From Candidatus Freyarchaeum deiterrae (GTDB taxonomy: Archaea > Asgardarchaeota > Jordiarchaeia > Jordiarchaeales > Jordiarchaeaceae), in NCBI GenBank assembly GCA_037305845.1, contig CP147778.1, forward strand, positions 32,001 to 96,000: a stretch of DNA of 64,000 nt, written 5' to 3'. Each line of letters opens with the position of its first letter. Position 1 is the first letter of the stretch. This document shows positions 30,860 through 41,285 of the stretch, one piece after another. The notes below the pieces were generated by a model. That model saw nothing but the letters and a program-made list of their open reading frames with translations, was not told the origin of the DNA and searched no databases. The position numbers and the translations under genes were made by a program.

Positions 30860-32696
30860 TTTCTTCACCTTCTCTCTCCTTGAAAATTCTTCCTAAATTT
30901 AAACCTAAAGCAAAATAATAACTTATTTCATCCTTTGATAAACTCCAACCATTATTCTCTGTTTCCATCAAATATTTAGAAATTGATTCTGCTAACCAGG
31001 AATATCCAACCTTATATTCCCTAAGTTTTTCTATAATTTCTGGAAACAATTTTTTAATTTTCTTCTCATCAAGCTTTAATCCATACAATCTCGATCTAAA
31101 TGGCGTCGAACCACGACTTGCGAATTGAACATCCAGAAGAAATTTTGCTAAAACACCTGTTAAAAATACGGCTTTTTTATCTGGAACGTTAAAAGCATTC
31201 GCAAAATCCGCAAAAAACTTTTCCATTTCTTCACTCTCTTTAGCCGTCTTTAAATTTAATTCTTTCTTCTCAGCTCTTTCACCCATTTTATAACCTCCTT
31301 TAATCAATCCCAACTCGTTAATAAAGGTGAACAAGAATAAAGATTTCAATGAATATAAAGCCTCGTTCCAGTCTTGGTTAACATGTTTATTCCTAATTTC
31401 TCGTATAAAAGCATTGACAATAAAATTCTTGCTGATAGGCCTTTGCGCCAAAATGTCTCCAACCACATCTATGAAATATTTATCATAAATTCCAGTTATT
31501 TTTGAGCCGGGGAAAAAAACCCTAATCATTCCTGCCATATCTCTATTCTTCAATTTCTTACCATCCCAGCTAGCTTTTATAAAGTCTTCAGACCATTTCT
31601 TTCCAAACAATTTTTTCAAATATTCTTCCTTAAAAATAGATTTACTGTTGTTAATTTTTTCAAAGGCATCAAACAATTTCTTTATCCAAGTAGGAGGCAC
31701 ATCTTCAACATACCGAACTATGTCAAAATAATCTCCTTGTTTGGGTTCAAAAAATACGAAAATTAAATTTAGTATATTCCCCTTTTCTTTCACCAGATAA
31801 CAAATGTCGTCCTCTACGCCCAACAAACTTTCCCTATACTTCATCTTATTTTGGTCTATAATGTCTTCTATGACCCCTTCTTGAATTTCTCCAAAAGTGA
31901 AATTAGGTATCACATAAAACAGATACCCATAAAACTTTTTTTTGAGATAATTATCTAAAAACTCTTTACCTGCAACTAAATGAATTGCACAGTGTTCACA
32001 TACTGGTAGTTGCTTCCAAGAATTTTCACGTAGAAATTCTGGTGCAAACCCTTTTTTATCTACTGTAAAAACAGAAAATGGTGATGCAAAGCCTAAAACT
32101 TCTCCCTCTTTTTTACAGAGAGAGCATATACCATCTCCTTTTGAGGAAACACCATGCTTATAGTAAAATTTCTCTTTGGCTCCTTCTTTCAAAATGTCTC
32201 TAAATATATTAAAATCACCAATAAATTTTTCTCTTCCTTCCTCTCTTATTTTGATGGTAAGTATTAGGTTTCTTCTCTCTTCTTTGCTTAACTCCTCATA
32301 TTTTTCAGATACTTTTTTGAATATTTCCTCTTTTTTTGTTTGGATCTCCTCGCTGAGTGATTTAATAATTGGGTTTGTTTTATATTGTTTGGAATATTCT
32401 CCAAACCATAGATCCCATCGTTCCTCAACTTTTTCTAGCGATGCAATCTTAGCGGTGGGTGTCACATCATATCTGCCATGACTGAAAGTTCTGTACAAAT
32501 ATCTTTCTGATTCTGCTTGCTCATAATCCTCTATATGGACATGATCAAAAACAATACTACTATTCTTTTGTTCAAAAACAACGCATATGACCTTTTTTGT
32601 ATTTGTTAATTTGGATTTTTGTACAAGAATCTCCACATCATTTAATTCTCGCTTTTTAATATTGTATTCTCCTAATCTTTTTACGGCATCTAACAT
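30852..32696 (-). CDS. cas8b: Type I-B large subunit Cas8b (Csh1/TM1802-like)
   Basis: CSLC...FTVDKKGF...PVCEHC; C-terminal FLTGVL..LL.VQ and YYFALG. Confidence 0.92.
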   Translation of the reverse strand: MLDAVKRLGEYNIKKRELNDVEILVQKSKLTNTKKVICVVFEQKNSSIVFDHVHIEDYEQAESERYLYRTFSHGRYDVTPTAKIASLEKVEERWDLWFGEYSKQYKTNPIIKSLSEEIQTKKEEIFKKVSEKYEELSKEERRNLILTIKIREEGREKFIGDFNIFRDILKEGAKEKFYYKHGVSSKGDGICSLCKKEGEVLGFASPFSVFTVDKKGFAPEFLRENSWKQLPVCEHCAIHLVAGKEFLDNYLKKKFYGYLFYVIPNFTFGEIQEGVIEDIIDQNKMKYRESLLGVEDDICYLVKEKGNILNLIFVFFEPKQGDYFDIVRYVEDVPPTWIKKLFDAFEKINNSKSIFKEEYLKKLFGKKWSEDFIKASWDGKKLKNRDMAGMIRVFFPGSKITGIYDKYFIDVVGDILAQRPISKNFIVNAFIREIRNKHVNQDWNEALYSLKSLFLFTFINELGLIKGGYKMGERAEKKELNLKTAKESEEMEKFFADFANAFNVPDKKAVFLTGVLAKFLLDVQFASRGSTPFRSRLYGLKLDEKKIKKLFPEIIEKLREYKVGYSWLAESISKYLMETENNGWSLSKDEISYYFALGLNLGRIFKEREGEENE

Positions 32697-32897
32697 TTTT
32701 CTTTTCCTTCTCTTCCATCCACCAATTACTTTAATTTTTATCTTAAACCTTCAGATTCTTTAAGATTAATTTCGGAAATCTTCTTCTTTAATTATTTTCT
32801 ACTCTACTTATTTAATTTTTTCTATTTACTTTTATATAAATCTAGTTTTAATAAGAAAAGTTTGCAACTTCTAGAATCACTTCTAAATCTTCTATTT

Positions 32898-33500
32898 CTA
32901 GCTTCGTCTACAGATTTTCCAGTATTCGCAATCCGTGCATTTTCCGGAGTTGGGTGTTGGCGGCGGCATTGTTTCTTCTTCCACCATTTTTCTCATCTGA
33001 GTTAGGATTCTGAGTACTGTAAGTTTTGCTTGCGTTGTGATTTCGACTTTTCTTTCTTCATCCGCATCAGTATATCGTATCACTGCGTATCTAACAATAA
33101 CTCCGAAACATACCTCAATTAGCAGTGACTGAGCCACTATCTGAAGATAATGTCCTAGATGTAACTTTTCTGATGCTTCCTTCCCGGTCTTCACATCTAC
33201 TGGAACTATGGTTTCCCCGTCGTACTGGAAGTAGTCCGTTAGAGCGGATAATCCTAACGACTCGGATAGTAAGTAAAAATTATAGTATCGGGTTACATTC
33301 TCTTGTCTTTCGGTCTTTTTTGCTCTGCACTCAACCTCGTGAATTTGTGTGCCTCTATTCATTTTCACCGTAGGGTATACACGTGCTTTGAGTACATATC
33401 TGAAGTAGGGTATTCTTTTGCAATACGCATATTGCCTTATGTCCTCAGCAGTGAAAACCTGTTTCTGTCTTGCTGCTTCCCACGTTTCTATTTGAGTCAT
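32898..33500 (-). CDS. cas4: Cas4
   Basis: YAYCKR, D...PVDVKTG, Q...Q, CTDCEYWKIC. Confidence 0.93.
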   Translation of the reverse strand: MTQIETWEAARQKQVFTAEDIRQYAYCKRIPYFRYVLKARVYPTVKMNRGTQIHEVECRAKKTERQENVTRYYNFYLLSESLGLSALTDYFQYDGETIVPVDVKTGKEASEKLHLGHYLQIVAQSLLIEVCFGVIVRYAVIRYTDADEERKVEITTQAKLTVLRILTQMRKMVEEETMPPPTPNSGKCTDCEYWKICRRS

Positions 33501-33778
33501 TATACCAATACTACCTCCTTTTCCTCTATGTTGTAAAGTTCGGAAACTATAATTTGGTTTTCAATACACCTCTCACACACTGGAAATATTCGTATATCTG
33601 CAAGTTCTCCTCCCACCATGTCTTCCAGTTCTAATGAGAGCATTTCGGCTTTGTTTCTGCTCATTTCTCCTATGAAGACACTTTTCTGTAGGCGTCTTAG
33701 TCCGTATCCGAAGAGTCTGGCTGCTATCTTGGTTCGGAGTCTGTCGTCGGGTACGTCGTAGGTTACTATGTTAATCAT
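33500..33778 (-). CDS. cas2: Cas2
   Basis: VTYDVPDDRLR, RLQKSVF. Confidence 0.96.
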   Translation of the reverse strand: MINIVTYDVPDDRLRTKIAARLFGYGLRRLQKSVFIGEMSRNKAEMLSLELEDMVGGELADIRIFPVCERCIENQIIVSELYNIEEKEVVLV

Positions 33779-34832
33779 TCTGGTTGTCTCCTCCTCCGCC
33801 TGTGGTTCCCCACCATTCGAAGGTGTAGGGGGTGTAGCTCTGAGCTTTTCCTAGGAGGTAGCGTGCGATTTCTCTTGCCTGGTGGAATATCATGTTTTCG
33901 AGGGGTGCTTTTCCTTCGTCTGGTTTCGCCTCGCTTTCCAGTCGGCTGAGTATGGCTTCTATGTACTTTTTCTTAGCATCATCACTGAACAACAGTCTTC
34001 CTTCGGTGTGTTCAAAGTCTTTTGGGGTTAGTGTTCCCTGTGTGAACATGCTTACGGCGGTTCTGTCTACGAGTGGTTGTCTGAATTCTTCTGAGAGGTC
34101 TAGTACTAGGGATGCTTTTCCTGAGCGGTCTGCGTGTAGGAATCCGGCGAATGGTTCCAGTCCGCATGCGGTTACCGCTGCGAGTACTCTGGAGTTGAGT
34201 ATGGTGTATCCTAGGCTGAGTGCTGAGTTGAAGGGGTCTCTGGGTGGTCTTTTCTCTCTTCTCTGGAATCTTATTTCTTCGGGTAGGATTAGTCTTAGGG
34301 CTTGGTAGTATATGCGGGTGGCTTCTGCTTCTAGTCCCATTATCTCGTATCGTTTTTCGGTGATCAGTCCATTATTTATTTCGCTGAGTTTTTCTTGTAC
34401 TCTTTTTATTTCTTGGGTGGCTGCTTCTAGGTGGTCTGCTAGTGTGGGGTCGGTGCGTTTTCTGCTGTTTGCGAAGTAGTTGATTAGTCGGTGCTTGTTG
34501 GTCATTCCGGCGTCCACGAATGTTTTGGCTAGGTGGGTTCCCCTGTGGTCGCCGTAGGCGGTTATCTGTTCTCTGCGTGTGAGTACTGTGCCGTGCATGA
34601 AGAAGCCGTGGAGGAGGGCTATGGGTTTGCCGCCTCCCATGAAGAGTACTGGTACGCCGTTTTCTGCTAGGAGTTTGACGGCTTCGGAGGAGATGCTGGC
34701 GGAGGCGGATACTATGATTTCGGAGAGCTTGACCACGGGTACCTCTTGGAGTTTTTCGCCTCTGCAGGTGATTTTGATGGCTTGCCCCTTTTTTCCTATG
34801 AAGGTTCCGTGGCTGCTTATTTCGATTAGCAT
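33771..34832 (-). CDS. cas1: Cas1
   Basis: MGLEAEA..YY, RPPRDPFNSALSLGY, GFLH, LVLDLSEEFR..VD. Confidence 0.97.
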   Translation of the reverse strand: MLIEISSHGTFIGKKGQAIKITCRGEKLQEVPVVKLSEIIVSASASISSEAVKLLAENGVPVLFMGGGKPIALLHGFFMHGTVLTRREQITAYGDHRGTHLAKTFVDAGMTNKHRLINYFANSRKRTDPTLADHLEAATQEIKRVQEKLSEINNGLITEKRYEIMGLEAEATRIYYQALRLILPEEIRFQRREKRPPRDPFNSALSLGYTILNSRVLAAVTACGLEPFAGFLHADRSGKASLVLDLSEEFRQPLVDRTAVSMFTQGTLTPKDFEHTEGRLLFSDDAKKKYIEAILSRLESEAKPDEGKAPLENMIFHQAREIARYLLGKAQSYTPYTFEWWGTTGGGGDNQND

Positions 34833-34838
34833 TTTTTA

Positions 34839-35738
34839 TTAGTCCTCCTCGCAGATTATCCCTCTCCCCCTCGCAGAGTGAAGGTCGTGGGCAATAAGTT
34901 GGCCGTTAGATTGAAAGTATAGGATGTTTCCTCTCACGTAGACTACTCTTCCGAGCAGGTCTTCGATCTGCCAGGCGTTCACATCTACCGGGAGTTCTGG
35001 ATGTACACCGTAAACTTGGCTTAGGTCGAGTGTGCATACTTCGTGTAGGTCGAATTTTTTTGTGGTTTCTTGGCTTAGCTTTTTTAGCTCTTCGATTTTT
35101 GGGCCTTTTGGGTGGGCGAATTCTTCGGCTTTGTATTCGAATCTTACTCTGGTTTCGAGTCCTAGGGAATCTGCTATGAGTTGTTCTGTTTCTTGGGCGG
35201 TGGTGAGGTTTAGGTTTCCTCTGAGGACTGTGGCGCAGTCTGCTCCCTGTTCTATTAGTCGGTACTTATAACCGTCGGGGGTGCTCCATCTTTCCGCCCG
35301 GGTTACTCCCACTTTGAAGAGTTCTCCGAAGCCCGCTAGATATACTACGTGTTCGTCTCCGCAGTATTGGGCGGCCCAGGGTGAGTCGCATGGTGGGTTG
35401 CTGGGGTTGCAGTGTTGATTGTATGGTGTGCCTGCGCCTTTTGTTACGCATTCAAATCTCTGCACGTTGACGAGACTTGCGCACTCGTCGCAGTACTGAG
35501 CATCTCCAATTGTGGGGTTGAGGCATTCTAGGCAGTATTGTTCTCTGGTGAGCATGAGGGCGTGTTCTCCGAAGAGTGGAGCGCTTCCCAGTCCTAGGGG
35601 TGATAGGATGTCTATGTGCGGTAGGTAGAATCCTAGGAAGGGTCGCCAGCTGTATCCTCTCATTACGAATTGGATATCCTCTTGGAGGATTATTTCTTTA
35701 GTTTGGGGAAATACTATTTGTTGTGAGATTGCTACCAT
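34839..35738 (-). CDS. DUF2797-family Zn-finger protein (GIY-YIG-like core)
   Basis: CLEC..CDEC; HVVYLA...KVGVTR...RLIEQGA. Confidence 0.8.
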   Translation of the reverse strand: MVAISQQIVFPQTKEIILQEDIQFVMRGYSWRPFLGFYLPHIDILSPLGLGSAPLFGEHALMLTREQYCLECLNPTIGDAQYCDECASLVNVQRFECVTKGAGTPYNQHCNPSNPPCDSPWAAQYCGDEHVVYLAGFGELFKVGVTRAERWSTPDGYKYRLIEQGADCATVLRGNLNLTTAQETEQLIADSLGLETRVRFEYKAEEFAHPKGPKIEELKKLSQETTKKFDLHEVCTLDLSQVYGVHPELPVDVNAWQIEDLLGRVVYVRGNILYFQSNGQLIAHDLHSARGRGIICEED

Positions 35739-36027
35739 CTACTTTTTTCCTCCATTTTTTCTCTCGCAAGGACCTTTCTGTCTATATAATCTCTTTGGAA
35801 ACATATAAACATTTTGGAAATATATTTCTATAATTCACTTATAATTCTAAAAATAACCAAAAAAACAGCTTAACAAAAAGAAAAATGAAACACACCACAA
35901 AACACCCACCCCAAACCTTCCCAAAAAATCCCTTCGATGATATATTTCCATTCTAAGGGTTCATTGGGATGATTACAGGGCAGGTTCTAGCTCCATAACG
36001 TTTTTAAATTTCCAATACAATTGCCAT

Positions 36028-36306
36028 TTGGTGGCTTACTTGGTGATACTGGATAAGTCTGGTAGGGTACTACTCCCTAAAGAGATTAGGGACAAGCTGG
36101 GTCTTAGTGAGGGGACACCTCTAGAGGTAACCGTCAGAGGTAGCGAGATTGTGATTAGGCCCTATGATAAGGGACTGGAGGAGCGGGTTGAAGAAGCGGT
36201 AAAATTTCTGTCTGAGAACGCTCCTAGAGCCTTTGTGACGCAGGAAGAGGGAGATAAGTGGTTCTCAAGAGAGTACTGCCTGAGAAAGATAGGGTTGAAG
36301 GAATAG
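36028..36306 (+). CDS. AbrB-family antitoxin
   Basis: LDKSGRVLLPKEIRDKLGL..G. Confidence 0.9.
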   Translation: MVAYLVILDKSGRVLLPKEIRDKLGLSEGTPLEVTVRGSEIVIRPYDKGLEERVEEAVKFLSENAPRAFVTQEEGDKWFSREYCLRKIGLKE

Positions 36307-36758
36307 TTGATGTTGGGGTGCTTGTTATTGCCCACTTCGAAAACCCTGCTAATAAACAAGCACTAAAATTCATTGGGGACGTTCTACTCTGGAAGCGGAG
36401 GTGTCTAGTTCCGACTTCAACTCTCCTAGGTGCATACCATATCCTCACAAGCTACCTAGGTGTTGAAAGAGACTTGGCTTGTAACGCTCTTTCCAAAACG
36501 TTAAAAACACTTTCTCCAGCTTTCTACGAAGATATCACCATAGAACTAGCCTCTGAAGCAATAATAAATGCCACGAGTTACAAGATAGCCTCTTGGGACG
36601 GATACATTATAAGCCTCGCAAGAAGGTATAACGCCCCAATAATATATACTATCGATAGTAAGCTAGCTAGCAAAGTAAAGGACATTCAGATTATTAATCC
36701 AATCCCGGAAGAAACTTTCAAAAAATATAACGAGTGGCTGGAAAGTAAATTAACGTAA
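36258..36758 (+). CDS. PIN domain toxin (start uncertain)
   Basis: IVDVGVLV, SWDGYII, IYTID. Confidence 0.8.
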   Translation: MVLKRVLPEKDRVEGIVDVGVLVIAHFENPANKQALKFIGDVLLWKRRCLVPTSTLLGAYHILTSYLGVERDLACNALSKTLKTLSPAFYEDITIELASEAIINATSYKIASWDGYIISLARRYNAPIIYTIDSKLASKVKDIQIINPIPEETFKKYNEWLESKLT

Positions 36759-36893
36759 AAGAACACCTGCTAACGCTGAATAGCAGACTAACCCAAAAGA
36801 AGAACCACATGGAAACCTACATCGCTTCATTCGATTGACGCGAAATCTTTATTTGTTTCGATGTGTACGGGTTTTATTCGGTGATTCTGGCAT

Positions 36894-37127
36894 ATGGTTG
36901 TAAGTCGAGTGGGTTCGAAGGGAGAACTTTTCCTCCCAAAGGATGTAAGGGAGAAACTTGGGCTTAAACCTAACATGAGGGTGCTTTATAAAGTTGAAGG
37001 GGGAAGATTGTTGGTGGAGCCGGTTCCAAGCCTTGAAGAAGTATTTGAGGAACCTCAGCCTGTTGAGTTAACCTTGGAAGAGTTTCACGAATTTAGAAGA
37101 AAGCTTTCTCGAGAGTCTGAGACTTGA
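36894..37127 (+). CDS. AbrB-family antitoxin
   Basis: VGSKGELFLPKDVREKLGL. Confidence 0.9.
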   Translation: MVVSRVGSKGELFLPKDVREKLGLKPNMRVLYKVEGGRLLVEPVPSLEEVFEEPQPVELTLEEFHEFRRKLSRESET

Positions 37128-37597
37128 GACTTCTGCTTGACACAACTTATTTCCTTCCCGCTATAGGGATCTCTATTAAGAGTTTGGTAGGGAATGCGGT
37201 AATTAAACTGATTTCAGAAGGACAACGGATTCTGATGAGTGAGGTAACCATCTTTGAACTATCCGCTAAGGGAGGCAAGCAAGTAGCCACTAGGAATCTT
37301 GAAGCTGAGAGAGTGGTGAAAGGAATAAGAGCTATTATATATGATGGGCGTATTGAGAGGATTCCTGTACATGATGCATCAATTCTGCTAACTGCGTTCA
37401 AGCTTAGAGAGGTATTAGATGATTTTATTGACTGCATAATCCTTTCATCGGGCATTAACTAAGCTGACGTGCTGATAACTGAGGATAAGGACATCCAAAA
37501 CCTGATGGAGGGAGGAGGGTTTCAAGAGCTCATAGCGGCAATAAATCCTACATTCACAATCAAACCATTAGCAAATGTACTAAAGCCTCATACATAA
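37124..37597 (+). pseudogene. PIN toxin with premature stop
   Basis: LLDTTYFLP...DFIDCII; TAA at 37460, after which the frame continues ADVLITED to 37597. Confidence 0.8.
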
Positions 37598-37691
37598 CGA
37601 ACCAGCTTACAGCGAAGAGCGGAATTGGAAGTTATTACTGGCTTATTTGTCGCATTTCCTTCTTATGGTTACCCAATAGGTCTACGATAAT

Positions 37692-37823
37692 CAACATTCT
37701 CGGTAGACTGCTCTACAGCAAATGAGTACTCGTCCCAAAATTCAAACCACTGGAAAACCAGAACGAAAACCTAACCAACGAGATAGAGTTTCTAATAAAA
37801 TACCCCAGAGAAACCGCATCAGG
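37692..37823 (+). pseudogene. Decayed 'gene X' fragment
   Basis: NILGRLLYSK*VLVPKFKPLENQNENLTNEIEFLIKYP. Confidence 0.75.
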
Positions 37824-38009
37824 CAGGACAGGAATCACGGGTGAAAAATGTTTCGTAGCCAGTGCTTTAATAATTCACATCAAACATGGTATCACTAAAC
37901 ACGCTAAATTACAAAACCCTTCCCCAGATCGTATGATTCTCCATTGGTCAAAAATAATATTGTAAAACTTAATAATGTTGGAAAACTATAGTGATTCTGG
38001 TAAATTGAA

Positions 38010-38255
38010 ATGTCTGAAGAAGTTTCAATTGTTGGAAAAAAATTCATTGTTGTAATACCGAAGAATATTCGGAAGACGCTAGGTATCAAGGAAGGTCAGA
38101 AGATAAGATTCAAAGTTGAGCAAGGCAAAATACACTTAGAACCAATAATTGACCCCTTCGAACTGGCCATTAAAGGATCAAAATTCGCTGAAATAACAGT
38201 TGAAGAATTTGAATCCGAATCCGAGGAAATGCAGAATGAATTCTTCAAGGATTAA
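38010..38255 (+). CDS. AbrB-family antitoxin
   Basis: VGKKFIVVIPKNIRKTLGIKEG. Confidence 0.9.
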   Translation: MSEEVSIVGKKFIVVIPKNIRKTLGIKEGQKIRFKVEQGKIHLEPIIDPFELAIKGSKFAEITVEEFESESEEMQNEFFKD

Positions 38256-38688
38256 AGTACTTCTCGACACCACGTATCTGCTACTTTTTTTGGGCGTGAG
38301 TTAAAGGAAGTCGAAAGTGTTTTAGAAAAGCTTAATCCTTTACCAAGGCGGTAAGATTGAGCCGAACTACTCGCCGTTCAGCCTACTTGAAGCCTTAGGC
38401 AAAATGTCAAAAACACAATTTGACGAAGAAAAACTCAAAAACGGATTAATTTCAATTCTCGAATCAAAAGCATTCGCAGAAGTCTTACCAACATACGACG
38501 GCTACCTAAAAGCCCTAAAACTAAAAGCAGAAGGATTCAAAGACTTTGTCAATCTCTTACTAAACGAAATAGCTACCACAAGAGGCTTAAGGTTGCTAAC
38601 AAGAGACCGTGAAATCATAAAATTCGTACAACCGATGGGATATGGGTTGCTTTTTATCTTTCTATTTCTTCTTTCAGCTTGTTTATAA
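38236..38688 (+). pseudogene. PIN toxin, frameshifted
   Basis: KVLLDTTYLL followed by a stop; downstream fragment ends LLTRD. Confidence 0.75.
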
Positions 38689-39043
38689 TTTCTTCTGCTG
38701 CTTCCAGCATTTCTTCCACTTCTTCTTTTGAGTGGGGGGTAATGGGTCCTGGAGGATAACGCTCGTCATAATAGAATACATTTAGTTTTCTGCCTAGATC
38801 AAGATATTTTTGAAAGGCAACATCAAAATTTGTAGCCTTGGTTATGAGTGATTCTAGGTCGTGTATCTTCTTTAATTTCCAGCCCTTATGGATAAGATAA
38901 GCCTTTAGGTATTTCTCAATGGCTTGATGGATATGAAAAACCGCTACATCAAAATACTTGCTGTCCCTTAGAATTTTTGCGGCGTCTAGGTCATGTTTTC
39001 CTCTTTCCATCCATTCCTTAACTATCTGCTCCTTCGCTTTCAT
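38654..39043 (-). CDS. HEPN domain protein
   Basis: FHIHQAIEKYLKA, KIHDL, ERYP. Confidence 0.9.
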   Translation of the reverse strand: MKAKEQIVKEWMERGKHDLDAAKILRDSKYFDVAVFHIHQAIEKYLKAYLIHKGWKLKKIHDLESLITKATNFDVAFQKYLDLGRKLNVFYYDERYPPGPITPHSKEEVEEMLEAAEEIINKLKEEIER

Positions 39044-39359
39044 ATAGGACTACCCCCTTTTGGATTATCTCCTCTACGAAATCGTCTCCTATTCTGAGGC
39101 GTTCCTCCAGTTCCTCAGGAGTATACACTAAGGGGGATACAGGTATTTCGCGGTTAGGATTGTAAATTATCCTTTTAACGTGTACGACTCTGTCCACTCT
39201 TCTCTCATTAGTTTTTTTCAAAATCAAAAGGTCTATGTCGCTATCTTCTTTAGGATTGCCGTAAGCGTAGGAGCCGAATAGAATAATTTTCAGGGGCTTG
39301 TATTCGTTTTTCAGCTTTTCAACAATCTCGGATAGTATTGCTTTTATCTCTACTTCCAT
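39018..39359 (-). CDS. MNT nucleotidyltransferase
   Basis: ILFGSYAYG...DSDIDLL. Confidence 0.92.
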   Translation of the reverse strand: MEVEIKAILSEIVEKLKNEYKPLKIILFGSYAYGNPKEDSDIDLLILKKTNERRVDRVVHVKRIIYNPNREIPVSPLVYTPEELEERLRIGDDFVEEIIQKGVVLYESEGADS

Positions 39360-39479
39360 CTTTTACCTTCCTCTAGCTTGTATTCTCTATATATTTATAC
39401 GCTTTTAAATTATAAACACTCTCTAATAATATTAATTACAGGAGATTAACGGGTGTAGGTAAAACTCTGGAAGCAGATA

Positions 39480-39513
39480 CTTTCAACCCTCGTTACTGAG
39501 GAGCTTCTTTTGA
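39480..39513 (-). repeat. Solitary CRISPR repeat
   Basis: Reverse complement reads TCAAAAGAAGCTCCTCAGTAACGAGGGTTGAAAG. Confidence 0.88.
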
Positions 39514-39548
39514 CTCATAGATGCCAATTCCTTGATAGGTTAAGAGTA

Positions 39549-39810
39549 CTACGTCAAAATCTTTAAACCAAACTCTGAAAAACCTTTCAAAATGCTTTAA
39601 ATAAAGTGTGTAGAATTAGGTCTTTTGCGATTGCAATTGATGCGATTAGAAAATTTGCGTCTTCAATAGGTTCACCTTTTCTTTTAACGTGTTGTAAAGC
39701 TTACAATAAACCAATAGGAATATTGTGCAAAGGTAGCTATTTCCTAATAACTCAAGCTTTTTGGTTCTTGAGTATTCCACAAGAACGGAGGTGTCAACAA
39801 GTACTCTCTC
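39549..39810 (-). pseudogene. VapC/PIN pseudogene
   Basis: RVLVDTSVLV...LYNTLKEK / GEPIEDA..IASIAI / KHFERF in shifting frames. Confidence 0.75.
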
Positions 39811-39994
39811 TGAACTTGAAGGACTTCCTGAAGCTTTCGGCTTCCTTTTTGAGCTCATCCCAATCGACGCCCTCCACCAGCTCATAGAATTCTTTAAACT
39901 TCTTCTTTTTCTTTAGGTAATTCCGAATTAGCTCCTTAATCTCTTCTTCGGTAACAACATCCGGAACATCAATAACAATTTTTATCCGATTCAC
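39794..39994 (-). CDS. Putative antitoxin
   Basis: 66 aa gene overlapping the PIN remnant. Confidence 0.65.
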   Translation of the reverse strand: MNRIKIVIDVPDVVTEEEIKELIRNYLKKKKKFKEFYELVEGVDWDELKKEAESFRKSFKFRESTC

Positions 39995-40011
39995 ACTCGT
40001 CTAGGAAACTT

Positions 40012-40638
40012 TTATTTCTCCAGTTTCAGCCATATTTCCTCATCTGGGTTATAGCTCCAATTTTTGTAAATGTCCTTCTTGAAGACTTTTAACAGTAGAG
40101 CGATTCCTGCACTGTCGAAGAGAACATCATATCCTTCCAGAATTCCAAAAATTAGGGAGGATTCCAAGTTAAGCATGGCAATGAATCCTTTGAGGGTAAT
40201 GGAATTTATCTCAAAGGCTACCCCATACTTTATGGAAATTTGGTATTCGTCGTCGGCAAGACTCAACGGATTTTCAGAAATAACTAGGAGATCTACATCG
40301 CTTTCCTCATGTGTTTTTCCTTTGGCTACGCTTCCGTAAAGCAGGACGCCTAAGACTTCGGGGTGTTTTTCCACGATTTCATAAGCCGCTATCCAAGCGA
40401 TTTCCTTTAAAGAGGCTACCAGAATACTACGTAACTTATCCCGGTCAATCTGATAGCCGTTGCCACTGATCCTTACTACGCCTAGTCGAAGGAGCTGTTT
40501 TAGTTTTATCGATAGCCATCTCTCGCTTAGACCCGTTTCTCTAAATAGTTCTGAGAAGGACTTTTCTCCATTCGATAAAGCGTGTATAATTCTTCCTTCG
40601 GGTGTGAGTGTGAATAGCTTAAGCACTTGCTTTCTCAT
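40012..40638 (-). CDS. wHTH-fused MNT nucleotidyltransferase
   Basis: KSFSELFRETGLSERWL HTH; LYGSVAKG...SDVDLL. Confidence 0.88.
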   Translation of the reverse strand: MRKQVLKLFTLTPEGRIIHALSNGEKSFSELFRETGLSERWLSIKLKQLLRLGVVRISGNGYQIDRDKLRSILVASLKEIAWIAAYEIVEKHPEVLGVLLYGSVAKGKTHEESDVDLLVISENPLSLADDEYQISIKYGVAFEINSITLKGFIAMLNLESSLIFGILEGYDVLFDSAGIALLLKVFKKDIYKNWSYNPDEEIWLKLEK

Positions 40639-41129
40639 AGTATATCAATTACGAGATTTTGGATTTTAAATTTACTAAGTATAGAAACTTTATCAAGTAC
40701 ATATAATCTTTCAACCAATAAAGGATAGTCAGAATACTGTCACAAGAGTGGAAGCAGTCCATCTAGGGTTGCTAAGGAAGTTGAAGACGCCACCCACCTC
40801 AGCACCTCTAACATCACTAGGCGGCCTAGAGTCCACATACACCTTTTCCAGCTCTTGGAGGTGATGTACACCAAGAGGAGGGGGAGAACAAACTTGAGGA
40901 CTCTTCTTGTGCTTTAGTTGATGGTGGTAGGGTTTCTGCTTACTGTTTCCTTAGGGGGGAGGTGTTAACTTTCCTCAAGTCGAGGATGGAAGTCCTCCAC
41001 GCATAAAGCATACCCTTCCCATAAACCAAAAAACATACATATTACATTGCGCCGTCGATTGTCGATTTACTGTTTTCTGTGCGTTAGGTTTTTTAGTTTA
41101 GGTGGAGAAGTATAGTTACGGTGGCTTTT

Positions 41130-41285
41130 ATGGAGGAGCTTGAGCGTCTGCTCAAGGAGAAAATGAAGATTCTTAAACCCAACGAGTGCGCCGTAATTTA
41201 CGACGACGAGAGAGGACTTCTTATCAGTGTTTGTAATGAGGAAGGGAAGATAAAAATAGTTTCAAAAAAGGTAGATGAACTTTAA
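41130..41285 (+). CDS. Small hypothetical protein (51 aa, not in ORF track)
   Basis: MEELERLLKEKMKILKPNECAVIYDDERGLLISVCNEEGKIKIVSKKVDEL; TAATG overlap with the next ORF. Confidence 0.55.
   Translation: MEELERLLKEKMKILKPNECAVIYDDERGLLISVCNEEGKIKIVSKKVDEL

Noticed and set aside
40970-40992. TTCCTCAAGTCGAGGATGGAAG resembling the repeat 3' half
   Set aside because: Too short and divergent to call
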